A stretch of DNA of 64,000 nt, from assembly GCA_963800515.1 (NCBI GenBank), contig CAWDBC010000001.1, forward strand, positions 310,010 to 374,009. Reading direction: 5' to 3'. The notes below the pieces were generated by a model, which was not told the DNA's origin, did not search any database, and saw only the letters and a list, made by a program, of their open reading frames with translations. Each line of letters opens with the position of its first letter. Position 1 is the stretch's first letter. Source of the DNA: an uncultured Thermoleophilia bacterium (GTDB lineage: Bacteria; Actinomycetota; Thermoleophilia; Gaiellales; F1-60-MAGs149). Below, in pieces: positions 55,668 through 64,000 of the stretch. Position numbers and translations under genes: made by a program.

Positions 55668-56908
55668 GCACCCCTCCCCCGCTCCGCCGCGAACGGGAGC
55701 TGCGCGCCGCCGTCGCCGAGCGCCGGGAGGAGCTGCACGCGCTGGCGGCATCGCTCGTTCGCGTCCCCACCGTGCTCGGCGACGAGGAGGGCGCCCAGCG
55801 GATCGTCGCGTCCCGGCTCGAGGCGGCCGGCTTCGCCGTCGAGCGGGTGCAACCCGACGCGGCCGAGGCGCTGGCCGACCCGGAGGCCGGCTACCCGTGG
55901 CTTTCCTACGAGGGTCGCACGAGCGTGGCCGCCCGGCTCCCCGGCTCCGGGGGAGGACGCTCGCTCCACCTGAGCGGCCACGTCGACGTCGTCCCGGTCG
56001 AGCACCCGGACCGGTGGACGCACGACCCGTGGGGCGGCGTGATCGCCGACGGGCGGCTGTGGGGACGCGGCGCCGGTGACATGAAGGCGGGCCTGGCCGC
56101 CTACGTGATCGCCGCCGAGGCGGTGGCCGCCGTGGGCGGCGAGCTTCCGGGCGACCTCCTCGTCAGCTCCGTGATCGAGGAGGAGTGCGGCGGCAACGGC
56201 ATGTGGTCGGTGGTCCGAGCGGGGTACGACGCCGACGCGACGCTGATCGGCGAGTCGTCCGGCCTGCGGCTCGACCACGCGGCGACCGGCGTCGTCTGGG
56301 CCCGCCTGATCGCGCGCGGGGCGGCCGGCCACGCGATGGTCGGCGGGCGGGAGGGACCCTTCGACCACCTCTGCCGGGCCTTCGGGGCGCTCCGGCGCCT
56401 GGAGGCCGAGCGCAACCGGCCGGTCCGCGATCCGGTGTTCGCCGCGGCCGCGGAGTGGCCCTACGGGACGTCGATCGGGAAGATCGGCGGCGGGGTCTGG
56501 ACGGCCTCGACGCCGGCGGAGCTCGTGGCCTCCGTCCGGGTGGGGTTCGGACGGGACGTCGAGCCCGCCGCGGTCCAGGAGGAGATCCGCGCCGCCGTCG
56601 GCGAGGCGACGGCGAAGGTCGAGGTCGAGTTCGAGGGCTTCCGGGCCCGGGCCCACTTCCACGACCCGACCGGTCCGTGGCCCGAGCTCGTCGCCGCCTC
56701 GCACCGCGCGGTCCTCGGCACCGAGGCCGGCACGTCCGTCGCGATCGGCACCAACGACGGACGCTACGTTCGCGGGCCGAGCCTCTGCTACGGGCCCCAC
56801 GCCGGAAACCTGCACGGCGACGACGAGTGGGTCGACCTCGAGTCGCTGGCGCAGGTGGCCGAGGTGGTCGCGGCCGCCGCGGGCGGCTGGCTCGCCGCGG
56901 AGCGCTGA
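55664..56908 (+). CDS. M20-family metallohydrolase (ArgE/DapE/amidohydrolase-like)
   Basis: 414 aa. Motifs 'LSGHVDVVP', 'GRGAGDMKAG' and 'EEECGGNG' are present. The ATG overlaps the hyuA-3 stop (ATGA). Confidence 0.85.
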   Translation: MSTPPPLRRERELRAAVAERREELHALAASLVRVPTVLGDEEGAQRIVASRLEAAGFAVERVQPDAAEALADPEAGYPWLSYEGRTSVAARLPGSGGGRSLHLSGHVDVVPVEHPDRWTHDPWGGVIADGRLWGRGAGDMKAGLAAYVIAAEAVAAVGGELPGDLLVSSVIEEECGGNGMWSVVRAGYDADATLIGESSGLRLDHAATGVVWARLIARGAAGHAMVGGREGPFDHLCRAFGALRRLEAERNRPVRDPVFAAAAEWPYGTSIGKIGGGVWTASTPAELVASVRVGFGRDVEPAAVQEEIRAAVGEATAKVEVEFEGFRARAHFHDPTGPWPELVAASHRAVLGTEAGTSVAIGTNDGRYVRGPSLCYGPHAGNLHGDDEWVDLESLAQVAEVVAAAAGGWLAAER

Positions 56909-56975
56909 GCCGGATCGGACTCCACCCGTCGGCCGCTGGCGGCCTCCCCGGCCGGACGCGTCCGCGGCGGCGGCG

Positions 56976-58754
56976 CTAGCGGAGGAAGCAGAGCGCCCAG
57001 TAGGTGCCCTTGGTCGGGCTGTATCGGAAGTTGGCCACGCGGTCGGAGAGGAGGAACGAGCGCCGGCGGTTGCGGAAGGTCGCGATGGGGGCGATGTCGC
57101 GCATCACGCGCGTCGAGAGGTCGCTGAACGCCTTGACGCGCGCCGCGCCGAGCGGGAGTCGGTCGGCCCCGCGGATCGCCGCGTCGAGCGCCGGGTCCTC
57201 GAGGTCGCCGTAGTTCGAGCCGCCGTCGGCCGCGGCCGAGGAGAGCAGCGGCCCGAAGTAGGTGCCTGCATCGACGTAGTCCTCCGCCCAGCCGCCGAAT
57301 CCGATGTCGTCGCGCGCGGCGGCGGGGTCCGCGATGTCGGAGTAGTAGACCGGTGGGCTCTCGCCCTTCAGCCTGACCGCGAAGCCGATCCTCTGCAGCG
57401 AGTGCGCGATGTTCTGGGCGGGGTCGTCGGCCGGGCCGCCGATCGGGTAGTACAGGTTGATCTTGATCGGCGGGCGGAGTCCGCTCTCCCGAACGAGCTC
57501 CTTCGCCTGGGGAACGTCGGGCCGCGTCGGATAGACGTCGACCGGAGCGCCGGGCGCGAGCAGGCTCGACGGCAGGAACTGGCTCCATGCCACGCCGACG
57601 AACGAACCACCGGAGAGCTTGACGAGCGCCTCCCGGTCGATGGCGTAGTTGACGGCCTGGCGGAGCTTGAGGTTGCTCATCGGGCTCGCGGCGTTCGTGT
57701 CGAAGTAGAGGTAGGACGTGGCGGCGTCGTCGAACGAGTAGAAGCGATTCCGGTAGGCGGGGTCGAGTCCGATCGCGTTGGCGTTGGCGCCGGAGATCGT
57801 GGTGCTGTCGGCGTTGACGTCGAGCTCGTTCGCCTCGAGTCGCAGGAGCATCTGCTCCGTCGACATGATCGAGTAGTCGATCCCGTCGATGTTGTCGCTG
57901 CCGGGATCCTGAACCATGCCTGCGCGCACGTTGGCCGCCCAGAAGGGATTGCGGCGGATCTGGAAGCCCCGCCGCGGCTGCACCCGCGTGAACATGTAGG
58001 GGCCGGTGGTCGGTGGCGGCATCGTCGTGTGCTGGTGCGGCGAGTCGGCCGGCACGATGCAGGCGAACCGCATGGCCGTGGCGTAGAGGAACGCGGGATC
58101 CGGCCTGGTCAGCCTGAACGCGACGTCCTGTCCCGACGCGGTGATCCCGGAGATCGCCTTCGGATCCCCGGCGAGCGGCGCGCCGCTCTTGTCGGTCGCC
58201 GTGAACCGGTCCGCGCCTTGGATGACGTCGTAGTAGCCCGAGGTCAACGGGCTGAAGCCCGCTCCCGGGTCGAGCATCCGTTCGTAGGTCCCCACGACAT
58301 CTCGCGGCGTGACGACGGCGCCGTCAGAGAACCGCACCCCCTTGCGGATCGTGAAGGTGTACGTCAGCCCGTCAGCGGACACCGTCGGCATGCTCTCGGC
58401 GATGCCCGGCCTCAGGCGCTCGGCCGAGGGCCCGGTCGTGTCGGGATAGTCCACGAGGCCGTTGCACGTGATGGCCTCGAAGGCCCACACGTCGGCCGAG
58501 TAGGAGGTGCCATCGTAGTAGTCGTAGTCGGCCTGATTGGCGATCCTCAGGATCCCGCCCTTCTTCACGCCGACGGGAGGCACGCTCCCCGACGACGGCG
58601 GCCCGACCGTCCCGGGGAGGCCGGTCGCCACCCCGTCCGTCGCCGGCGTCTCGGCGCCGCGCCGCGCGGCGGTGGAGCTTCCACATCCCGAGCTCGCTGC
58701 CGCGACGAGGCCCGCCGCCGTCATGGCGAGCGCTCGTGCCACCGTGCTCTTCAC
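56976..58754 (-). CDS. Family-5 (peptide/nickel-type) ABC substrate-binding lipoprotein, no adjacent permease or ATPase genes
   Basis: 592 aa starting at GTG 58754, with RBS ggaagga. The signal and Cys read 'LVAAASSGC'. SBP_bac_5-like blocks 'TYTFTIRKGVRFSDG' and 'GPYMF' are present. Confidence 0.82.
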   Translation of the reverse strand: MKSTVARALAMTAAGLVAAASSGCGSSTAARRGAETPATDGVATGLPGTVGPPSSGSVPPVGVKKGGILRIANQADYDYYDGTSYSADVWAFEAITCNGLVDYPDTTGPSAERLRPGIAESMPTVSADGLTYTFTIRKGVRFSDGAVVTPRDVVGTYERMLDPGAGFSPLTSGYYDVIQGADRFTATDKSGAPLAGDPKAISGITASGQDVAFRLTRPDPAFLYATAMRFACIVPADSPHQHTTMPPPTTGPYMFTRVQPRRGFQIRRNPFWAANVRAGMVQDPGSDNIDGIDYSIMSTEQMLLRLEANELDVNADSTTISGANANAIGLDPAYRNRFYSFDDAATSYLYFDTNAASPMSNLKLRQAVNYAIDREALVKLSGGSFVGVAWSQFLPSSLLAPGAPVDVYPTRPDVPQAKELVRESGLRPPIKINLYYPIGGPADDPAQNIAHSLQRIGFAVRLKGESPPVYYSDIADPAAARDDIGFGGWAEDYVDAGTYFGPLLSSAAADGGSNYGDLEDPALDAAIRGADRLPLGAARVKAFSDLSTRVMRDIAPIATFRNRRRSFLLSDRVANFRYSPTKGTYWALCFLR

Positions 58755-58922
58755 GACGCATCCTTCCCGGCCACGGTCCGGGCGAGGAGCCGGGAGACCG
58801 CGGACCTGTGCTCGGAGCGTACTCCGACGCCGCGAACGCCGACGGGGGGCATCGGCGTCGCCGAGGGCCGGCCGCCGCGGCCGGCGGCCGCCCGTCCTCG
58901 CTCGGCCCCCCATACTGGACCC

Positions 58923-59669
58923 GTGACGGGGAGCCTGGCGATCGCCGCCTGCGTGATCCTCGTCGCCGCCTCCGTGCAGTCGGCGACCGGCTTCGGGATC
59001 TCCCTGATCGCCGCGCCTCTCCTCTACCTCCTGACGAGCCCGGCCGAGGCCGTCGCCCTCATCCTCGTCGTCGCCGAGGTCGTCAACGTCCTCGTGCTGT
59101 TCGGTGAGGGACGGCGGCGCCGGATCGACTGGGGCGTCGTCGGTCCGGTGCTCCTCGCGGCCGCGCCCGGGCTCCCCGTCGGCGCCCTGATCGTCCGCCT
59201 GGCGCCGGTCGACGGAATGAAGCTCGTGGTCGGCGGCTGCGTCTGCGCGATCGTCCTCCACCGGCTCCTGCGCCGGCCGGCCCCGGCGCCGCCGGGGCGG
59301 GCGCGACCCCACGGCACCCTGGCCGCCGGTCTCGCCGTCGGGGTGCTGACGACCTCGACGACCACGAACGGGCCGCCGCTGGCCATCCTCCTCACGGGGC
59401 GCTCGCTCGAGCCGGCGATCGTCCGCGATTCCGTGACGGCGATCTTCGCGGTGCTCGACCTCGTCGGCCTCGCCGTCCTCCTCGCGGTCGGCGGCACGGC
59501 CGACGTACGGCATCCCGGCTGGCTCGTCGCCCTCGTGCCCTGCGCGGCCGCGGGACACGTGCTCGGTCGGCGGATCTTCACGCGCATCCCCGCCCACCGG
59601 TACGCGCCGATCGTGCTCACGATCGCGCTGGCGGCGGGCTGCCTCTCGATCGGAAGCGTCTTCGTCTAG
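58923..59669 (+). CDS. TauE/SafE (DUF81) family anion exporter
   Basis: 248 aa and highly hydrophobic, with about 7-8 TM segments. 'SVQSATGFGISLIAAPLL' is typical of the family. Confidence 0.78.
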   Translation: MTGSLAIAACVILVAASVQSATGFGISLIAAPLLYLLTSPAEAVALILVVAEVVNVLVLFGEGRRRRIDWGVVGPVLLAAAPGLPVGALIVRLAPVDGMKLVVGGCVCAIVLHRLLRRPAPAPPGRARPHGTLAAGLAVGVLTTSTTTNGPPLAILLTGRSLEPAIVRDSVTAIFAVLDLVGLAVLLAVGGTADVRHPGWLVALVPCAAAGHVLGRRIFTRIPAHRYAPIVLTIALAAGCLSIGSVFV

Positions 59670-59685
59670 ATCCGCGTCGATCCGG

Positions 59686-60607
59686 TCAGGTCAGCGGCGG
59701 CGGCGTTCCTCCGATGCTCGCCGCGAGCGAGCCGTCCCACTCGCAGACGAGGCAGGCGTGGCGGAACGCCGAGCGGGCGAAGGCGAGCGCCGCTCCGTGC
59801 GGATCGGGATCGCCGCGGAGATCGTCCCAGTCGAGGAGGAACTCGCCGAGCGCAGGGTCCCAGCGGGCCCGCGGCGGGAGGTCGGCGGCCGAGCCGAAGC
59901 CGGCGGGCGCCGGATGGGCGTAGGCGTAGAAGGCGGCCTTGCGGTAGCTCTCGTCGCCGGGCCACCAGCCGACGGCGATCTCCTGCGCATCCATCGCGTT
60001 GCGCATGATGAAGTCGCCCGAGGGCGGGTCGGCCGGCAGCCCGGAGAACAGGCTCACCGCCAGGTCGAACGAGCCCCACCAGGCGTTGACCGGGGTGGAG
60101 CGCCCGCGGTACGGGGCCCGGAAGGCGGCGAGGACGAGCGCTGCGCGGGCGGCCGCGTCGAGGTACGCCTCGACCGCGCCCGGGTCGTAGCGCGCGTGCT
60201 CGTCGTCCTCGTCGAGCGGCACGCTCCAGGAGACCTCCTGCGGGCTGGGATCGATGGCCACCTCCCCGGCCAGGGCGCGCACGGCGCCGAGCACCTCGCG
60301 CGTCACCGTGCCGACGGCGCGATCCGGCGCCAGGCCGATCCTGCGCACCTGTCCGTCGCTGTGCTCGACCACGACCTCGTGCGTCGCGGAGGTCGAGGGC
60401 GAGACGAGGGCGCCCGAGCCGTCGGGCGCCGGCAGGGGGGGCGTCTGCCAGCCTCGCGCGCCGAGCCGCAGGGCCGCGTGCTGGAGCTGCGGCTCGGGCG
60501 GGGCGAGCGCGCGCGGCGAGCTTGCCGAGCACCTGGGTGTGCGCGTGGAGCGTGTCGCAGGTCTCGCTCCAGCTCTCGTAGTTCACGGCGGGCCACGGCG
60601 CAGGCAT
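59686..60607 (-). pseudogene. DUF5996-like protein, 1 frame disruption
   Basis: 'MPAPWPAVNYESWSETCDTLHAHTQVLGKLAA' (RBS aaggtgg) is in one frame. The continuation 'LAPPEPQLQHAALRL...' and track ORF 59686..60372 are in another. The break lies near 60508 in a gcgcgcgc run. Length mod 3 is 1. Confidence 0.6.
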
Positions 60608-60677
60608 GCGAGCCACCTTACCGCGCGGCCGCGGGCCTGCGGGGACGCCCGCCCCGGGGAGCCGCTCCCCGGGGCGG

Positions 60678-60959
60678 TCAGCCCTCGAGGACGACCTCGC
60701 CGCCCGTCACCCGCGGGGCCGTGGTGGTGGCGTCCGGCAGGTTCTCCCGCAGCCACTCCGCCGCGACCCGGTTCGACTCCTCGGCGCCCTCCCGGCTGTC
60801 GCAGACGGTGATCGACGCGCTGCCGTCGTCCGATCGGATCAGGTAGTAGGCCCGGAAGCCGGCGACGCCGGAGATCAGCGCCTTGACCTCGTCGCCTCGC
60901 TCGGCGAGTCGGTCAGCGAGCCCCGGATCGCCCTCGTAGCGCCGAATCGTCGCGTACAT
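60678..60959 (-). CDS. Small ABM/dimeric alpha-beta-barrel-like protein
   Basis: 93 aa starting at ATG 60959, with a strong RBS (gagggagg). The sequence 'MYATIRRYEG...GFRAYYLIRSDDGSASITVCDSREGAEES' is typical of this fold. Confidence 0.6.
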   Translation of the reverse strand: MYATIRRYEGDPGLADRLAERGDEVKALISGVAGFRAYYLIRSDDGSASITVCDSREGAEESNRVAAEWLRENLPDATTTAPRVTGGEVVLEG

Positions 60960-61182
60960 GGAACCTCCCTCGCGTCGTCGTGGCGACCGGTGACCGTACC
61001 GAGCCGCCGGAGGAGCGTCAAGGGCTTGCGCCCGGGACGGCCGCCGAACGGGTGATGCCGTCCCGACCTCCGGGAAGCGGCCCGTCGGCGGCTCCGCTCG
61101 GCGATCCTTCCGCGAGAACCCGAGCGGCTCGCCCGGTCCGCGGGACCGAGCGGCAGAGGACGACGGAGGTCGCCCGCCCATC

Positions 61183-62535
61183 GTGATCGACAACCTCGGC
61201 ATCCCCCCGCTCGCCGGCGTCTGCTCCTACGAGCGGGCCGCCCGTCCCGGCGTCGGCGTCGACCGCACCGCCGAGCGGTTGAAGCGCCTGAACTACGTCG
61301 TCCGGCGGCTGCACGAGATCGGCGCCGCCCACCTCCCGGGAACGCCGCAATGGGAGGCGAAGTGCGGGCTCGGCCTGCACCTGTGGCTCGATGCGGAGCA
61401 CAGCGCCGCGATCCGCGCCCGGGTCGCCGAGATGCGCGAGCCGCCGCACCACCTCGACGACGTCCCGGACGTCCGGCTCGAGGCGGCGCTCGAGGAGGTC
61501 CTCCGGGCCGGCGACGCGGCGGAGCTGCTCGCCGGCATCTACGGCGCCGTCCGGCCGGCGATCGTCGCCGCGATCGGAAGGCACCTGGAGGAGATGAACC
61601 CGCTCTTCGACCATCCCACCCACCGCGTCCTGCGAGCGATCCTGAGGGACGAGGAGGAGATGGTCGCCTGGGGGAGCAGGCCTGGCGGGCCGTCGCCGAG
61701 GCCGACGGTGGCGAGGAGGCGGCGACCGCCTTCGCCGATCACGTCCGCGCCTACCTCGGGGCGGCGCGGGGGTCCTCGGCGACGACGAGGGAGAGGCGCC
61801 CGGGCCGCTTCCACCGCCGCGCTCCGATGGGACGGACGTCCGATCGATCCCGCGCCGCGGCGCGACGCACGCTTCCGCGACGTCTTCAACGCGACGGCAC
61901 TGATCGACGACTACGTCGCCGACGGTACGCGTCTCCCGGACGAGCGATCGCTCGCCCTCGCCTACAAGCGCCTGCGTGAGATGGACGTGCCCGAGTGGAT
62001 GGCGCCCATCGTCGCCTCGGCCGGCGGCCGGCCGTGGGAGTACCACCGCGACATGGCCCGCCAGCTGTGGGACGAGACCCGCCACGCGATGATGGGGGAG
62101 ACCGCGCTCGTCGCCGCGGGGGTGCCCTTCTACGCGTACCCGATCGACATGGCCGCCTCCGCCTCCCTGAACGCCGAGTTCACCCCGCTCCAGGCGCATC
62201 TCCTCCTCTGGCACATCGAGCAGGGGCTGATGCCGCGGGAGACCGGGAAGCGGTTCGAGTGGGTCGTCGCGCAGCTCGACGACGACCCCCTCTACGCCGC
62301 CCTCCAGGACTACGACTGGGCGGACGAGGTCCTGCACGCCCAGATCGGCCGGCGCTGGCTCGGCGAGGACTTCGGCAGCGCCGCCGAGCGCCGGGCCGTC
62401 GCCGAGCGCGAGTGGGACCGCTGGATGGGCGCGCTCCGCCGCTATGCGGGCCTGTCCTCGCAGGAGGAGTGGTGGCCGGAGTTCCTGGAGCGGGCGCGCG
62501 CCGGCCGGCGCGCGGCCGCCGAGCGCGTGGGGTAG
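61183..62535 (+). CDS. Ferritin-like (putative di-iron, ExxH x2) domain protein; central patch probably out of frame
   Basis: 'WDETRHAMMGE' and 'WADEVLHAQIG' are ExxH motifs, as in DUF455/MiaE-like ferritin-fold proteins. Residues encoded by about 61672-61830 are an Arg/Pro-rich patch, whereas an alternate frame reads a plausible 'GEQAWRAVAEADGGEEAATAFADHVRAYLGAA'. Confidence 0.55.
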   Translation: MIDNLGIPPLAGVCSYERAARPGVGVDRTAERLKRLNYVVRRLHEIGAAHLPGTPQWEAKCGLGLHLWLDAEHSAAIRARVAEMREPPHHLDDVPDVRLEAALEEVLRAGDAAELLAGIYGAVRPAIVAAIGRHLEEMNPLFDHPTHRVLRAILRDEEEMVAWGSRPGGPSPRPTVARRRRPPSPITSAPTSGRRGGPRRRRGRGARAASTAALRWDGRPIDPAPRRDARFRDVFNATALIDDYVADGTRLPDERSLALAYKRLREMDVPEWMAPIVASAGGRPWEYHRDMARQLWDETRHAMMGETALVAAGVPFYAYPIDMAASASLNAEFTPLQAHLLLWHIEQGLMPRETGKRFEWVVAQLDDDPLYAALQDYDWADEVLHAQIGRRWLGEDFGSAAERRAVAEREWDRWMGALRRYAGLSSQEEWWPEFLERARAGRRAAAERVG

Positions 62536-62612
62536 CCCGCTTCCGGAGGGCGCGCCGGTACGCACGCGCGGCGTCCTCCGACCGAGCGCGGTTCGGGCCG
62601 CGACGCGCCGTT

Positions 62613-62646
62613 CGGGCGGGCCGCGGCCTTCGCCGCGGCCTGCCCG
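62613..62646. terminator. Strong hairpin between convergent genes (14-bp stem with one G-U, 6-nt loop)
   Basis: cgggcgggccgcgg (62613-26), loop ccttcg, ccgcggcctgcccg (62633-46). It lies between the ferritin-like stop (62535) and the propeller gene stop (62678). Confidence 0.5.
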
Positions 62647-62677
62647 ACGGGGGGTCACCGTTCGCCGGCGGTGCCGG

Positions 62678-64000
62678 TCACGCGCGGAGCGTGACCCTGA
62701 CCGAGCCCTTGGCGCCGGTCACGATCAGCGTGACCCGGTGCAGCGAGCGCAGCCGCCTGGCCTCCCGGGCCGTGAAGCGGAGGCGGATCGCCGCCTTGCC
62801 GGCGCCGTTGGTCCGGCCGGAGCCGGCCGCGACCTTGCGGCGTCCGGCCCGCGCCACGAGGCGGACGCGGGCGTGGTGGGCGAAGCCGCGGACGGTGACG
62901 ACGAGGCCGCGGGCGAGGGCGTTCTTCAGCCGGGCCGGGGCGATGATCAGCCTGACCTTCGGATGCCCCTGGGTGGGCGGCGTGGTCGAGGGGGGCGTCG
63001 TTCCCGGCGAGGGCGACGGCGTCGGCCGGGCGGCCGGGACGTCGGCCGGGCCCCAGTCGGGCTGGGTCGCGCCGGGGATCACGAGGCGGCTGGACGGCGA
63101 GGCCCCCGTCGTCGTGCAGCCGGCGGCGAAGCTCGGGACGTCGACCACGTTGACGCCGTCGCCGACGGCGAACGCCGATGAGTGCCGTCGGGGGAGAACG
63201 TCGGGGTGCCGAACGTCCCGCCGACCGGATTGCCGTACCGGTAGCAGATCTCCGGGCGCGTGCCGGGATCCGCCTCGCCGTCGCGGAAGGCGGTCGGGAA
63301 CGAGGGATCCGGTAGAGGGTGAGGGTCGAGTCGCCGTCGCCGGTCACGAACGCCGCCTTGGTCCGATCCCGCGAGACCTCGCCGCCGCCGGTGTGGGGAT
63401 TGCCGCCCACGGTGTCGGAGAACCAGCCCTTGACCAGGAATCCGGTCGCGCCCGGGCGGTCCGCCGGCGTGTCCACGACGACGTCGTCGTTCGGCAGGTG
63501 CGTCGGGTCGCTGAGGACGGTGGTCGCGTCGTCGACCCATGCCGGATTGCGCCAGCCGCTGTGCTGGGCGAACCCGGGCTCGTCCCAGCCCGTGGCGCGG
63601 TCGCTCCGGGTGTAGCCGGTCCCGCCCTCGTTGATCGTGGTCACGCACTGCGGCGGGATGCAGCCGGGCGCCTGGGACTGGGTCATGTAGTACCAGGTGT
63701 AGGCCACCTTCGTCCCGTCCGGCGAGATCGCCGGGTCGAACGGGCCCCAGAACACCTTCGCGGCGGCCGGCCGCGTGTCGCTGACCGGCGTGTCGAAGTC
63801 GGCCAGGACGTTGCCGAGCCGGTCGAGCTTCTGCAGGCGCACGCCGGTGAGCGCGATCATCGTGCCGTCGTCGGCCTGCGAGACGTCGGAGTACCCCCCG
63901 CGCGACGTGACCTGGAACTGGCGCGCGCCGTCCCCCGTCGACAGCCAGACGTTGCCGTCCTTGATGTAGGCGATGGAATCGGCGCTCGCCGGCGCGGCGG
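62678..64000 (-). pseudogene. Secreted TolB/PD40-like beta-propeller protein, 5' end beyond the window, 2 frame disruptions
   Basis: The repeats 'FDPAISPDGTKVAY', 'TPTFSPDGT' and 'AYIKDGNVWLSTGDG' are spread over track ORFs 62655..63860, 63079..63648 and 62678..63148. Breaks lie near 63305 (C4->C3) and near 63185. The frame is open to the window edge. Confidence 0.6.

Noticed and set aside
1-64000. A search of the whole window for CRISPR arrays, tRNA/rRNA genes, IS elements or transposases, integrases, toxin-antitoxin pairs or defence-system genes.
   Set aside because: None was recognised. There are no regularly spaced repeats, no cloverleaf-like conserved tRNA blocks and no transposase, integrase or nuclease motifs in any frame. 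The only sizeable repeat is the intragenic NRPS one.

Overview
Very GC-rich segment (by eye above 70% G+C, strong GC3 codon bias) that looks like an actinobacterial chromosome. It is densely coding. I saw no rRNA, tRNA, CRISPR array, IS element or phage gene. Left to right: a YihY membrane protein; a ~1,090-aa secreted BNR/Asp-box protein; a minus-strand operon of Cu-amine oxidase, SDR, GH4 and a GH38 pseudogene; a divergent SIS isomerase, sugar ABC importer and DeoR regulator; an alpha/beta hydrolase and YdeI; a minus-strand operon of class II aldolase, HAD, DhaL and DhaK; and a hexapeptide acyltransferase. The stand-out is a ~14.6 kb translationally coupled NRPS operon (22550-37087, minus strand). 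It encodes a type II thioesterase, an Sfp-type PPTase and three C-A-T proteins, one with an N-methyltransferase embedded in its A domain. There is no terminal release domain. A transglutaminase-like Cys-rich protein and an unknown protein follow. The operon appears to be driven by a TTGACG-N17-TACGCT promoter whose -10 lies inside a perfect TGTGA-N6-TCACA palindrome. Two A domains share a 382-bp identical segment with foreign-looking codon usage. The right half is a hydantoin/lactam-type catabolic island with three HyuA/HyuB pairs, a ribose-type ABC importer, M24 and M20 peptidases and tandem XRE-cupin regulators. It is followed by an orphan family-5 SBP, TauE, a DUF5996-like gene, ABM proteins, a ferritin-like protein and a partial beta-propeller gene. 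About 25 frame disruptions are visible and they are very unevenly distributed: all three hyuA copies are broken, while all three hyuB copies and the whole NRPS operon are intact. This could be real gene decay or patchy assembly error. Most long opposite-strand or alternate-frame ORFs in the track are high-GC artefacts. All family calls rest on motif recognition by eye, not on database searches.
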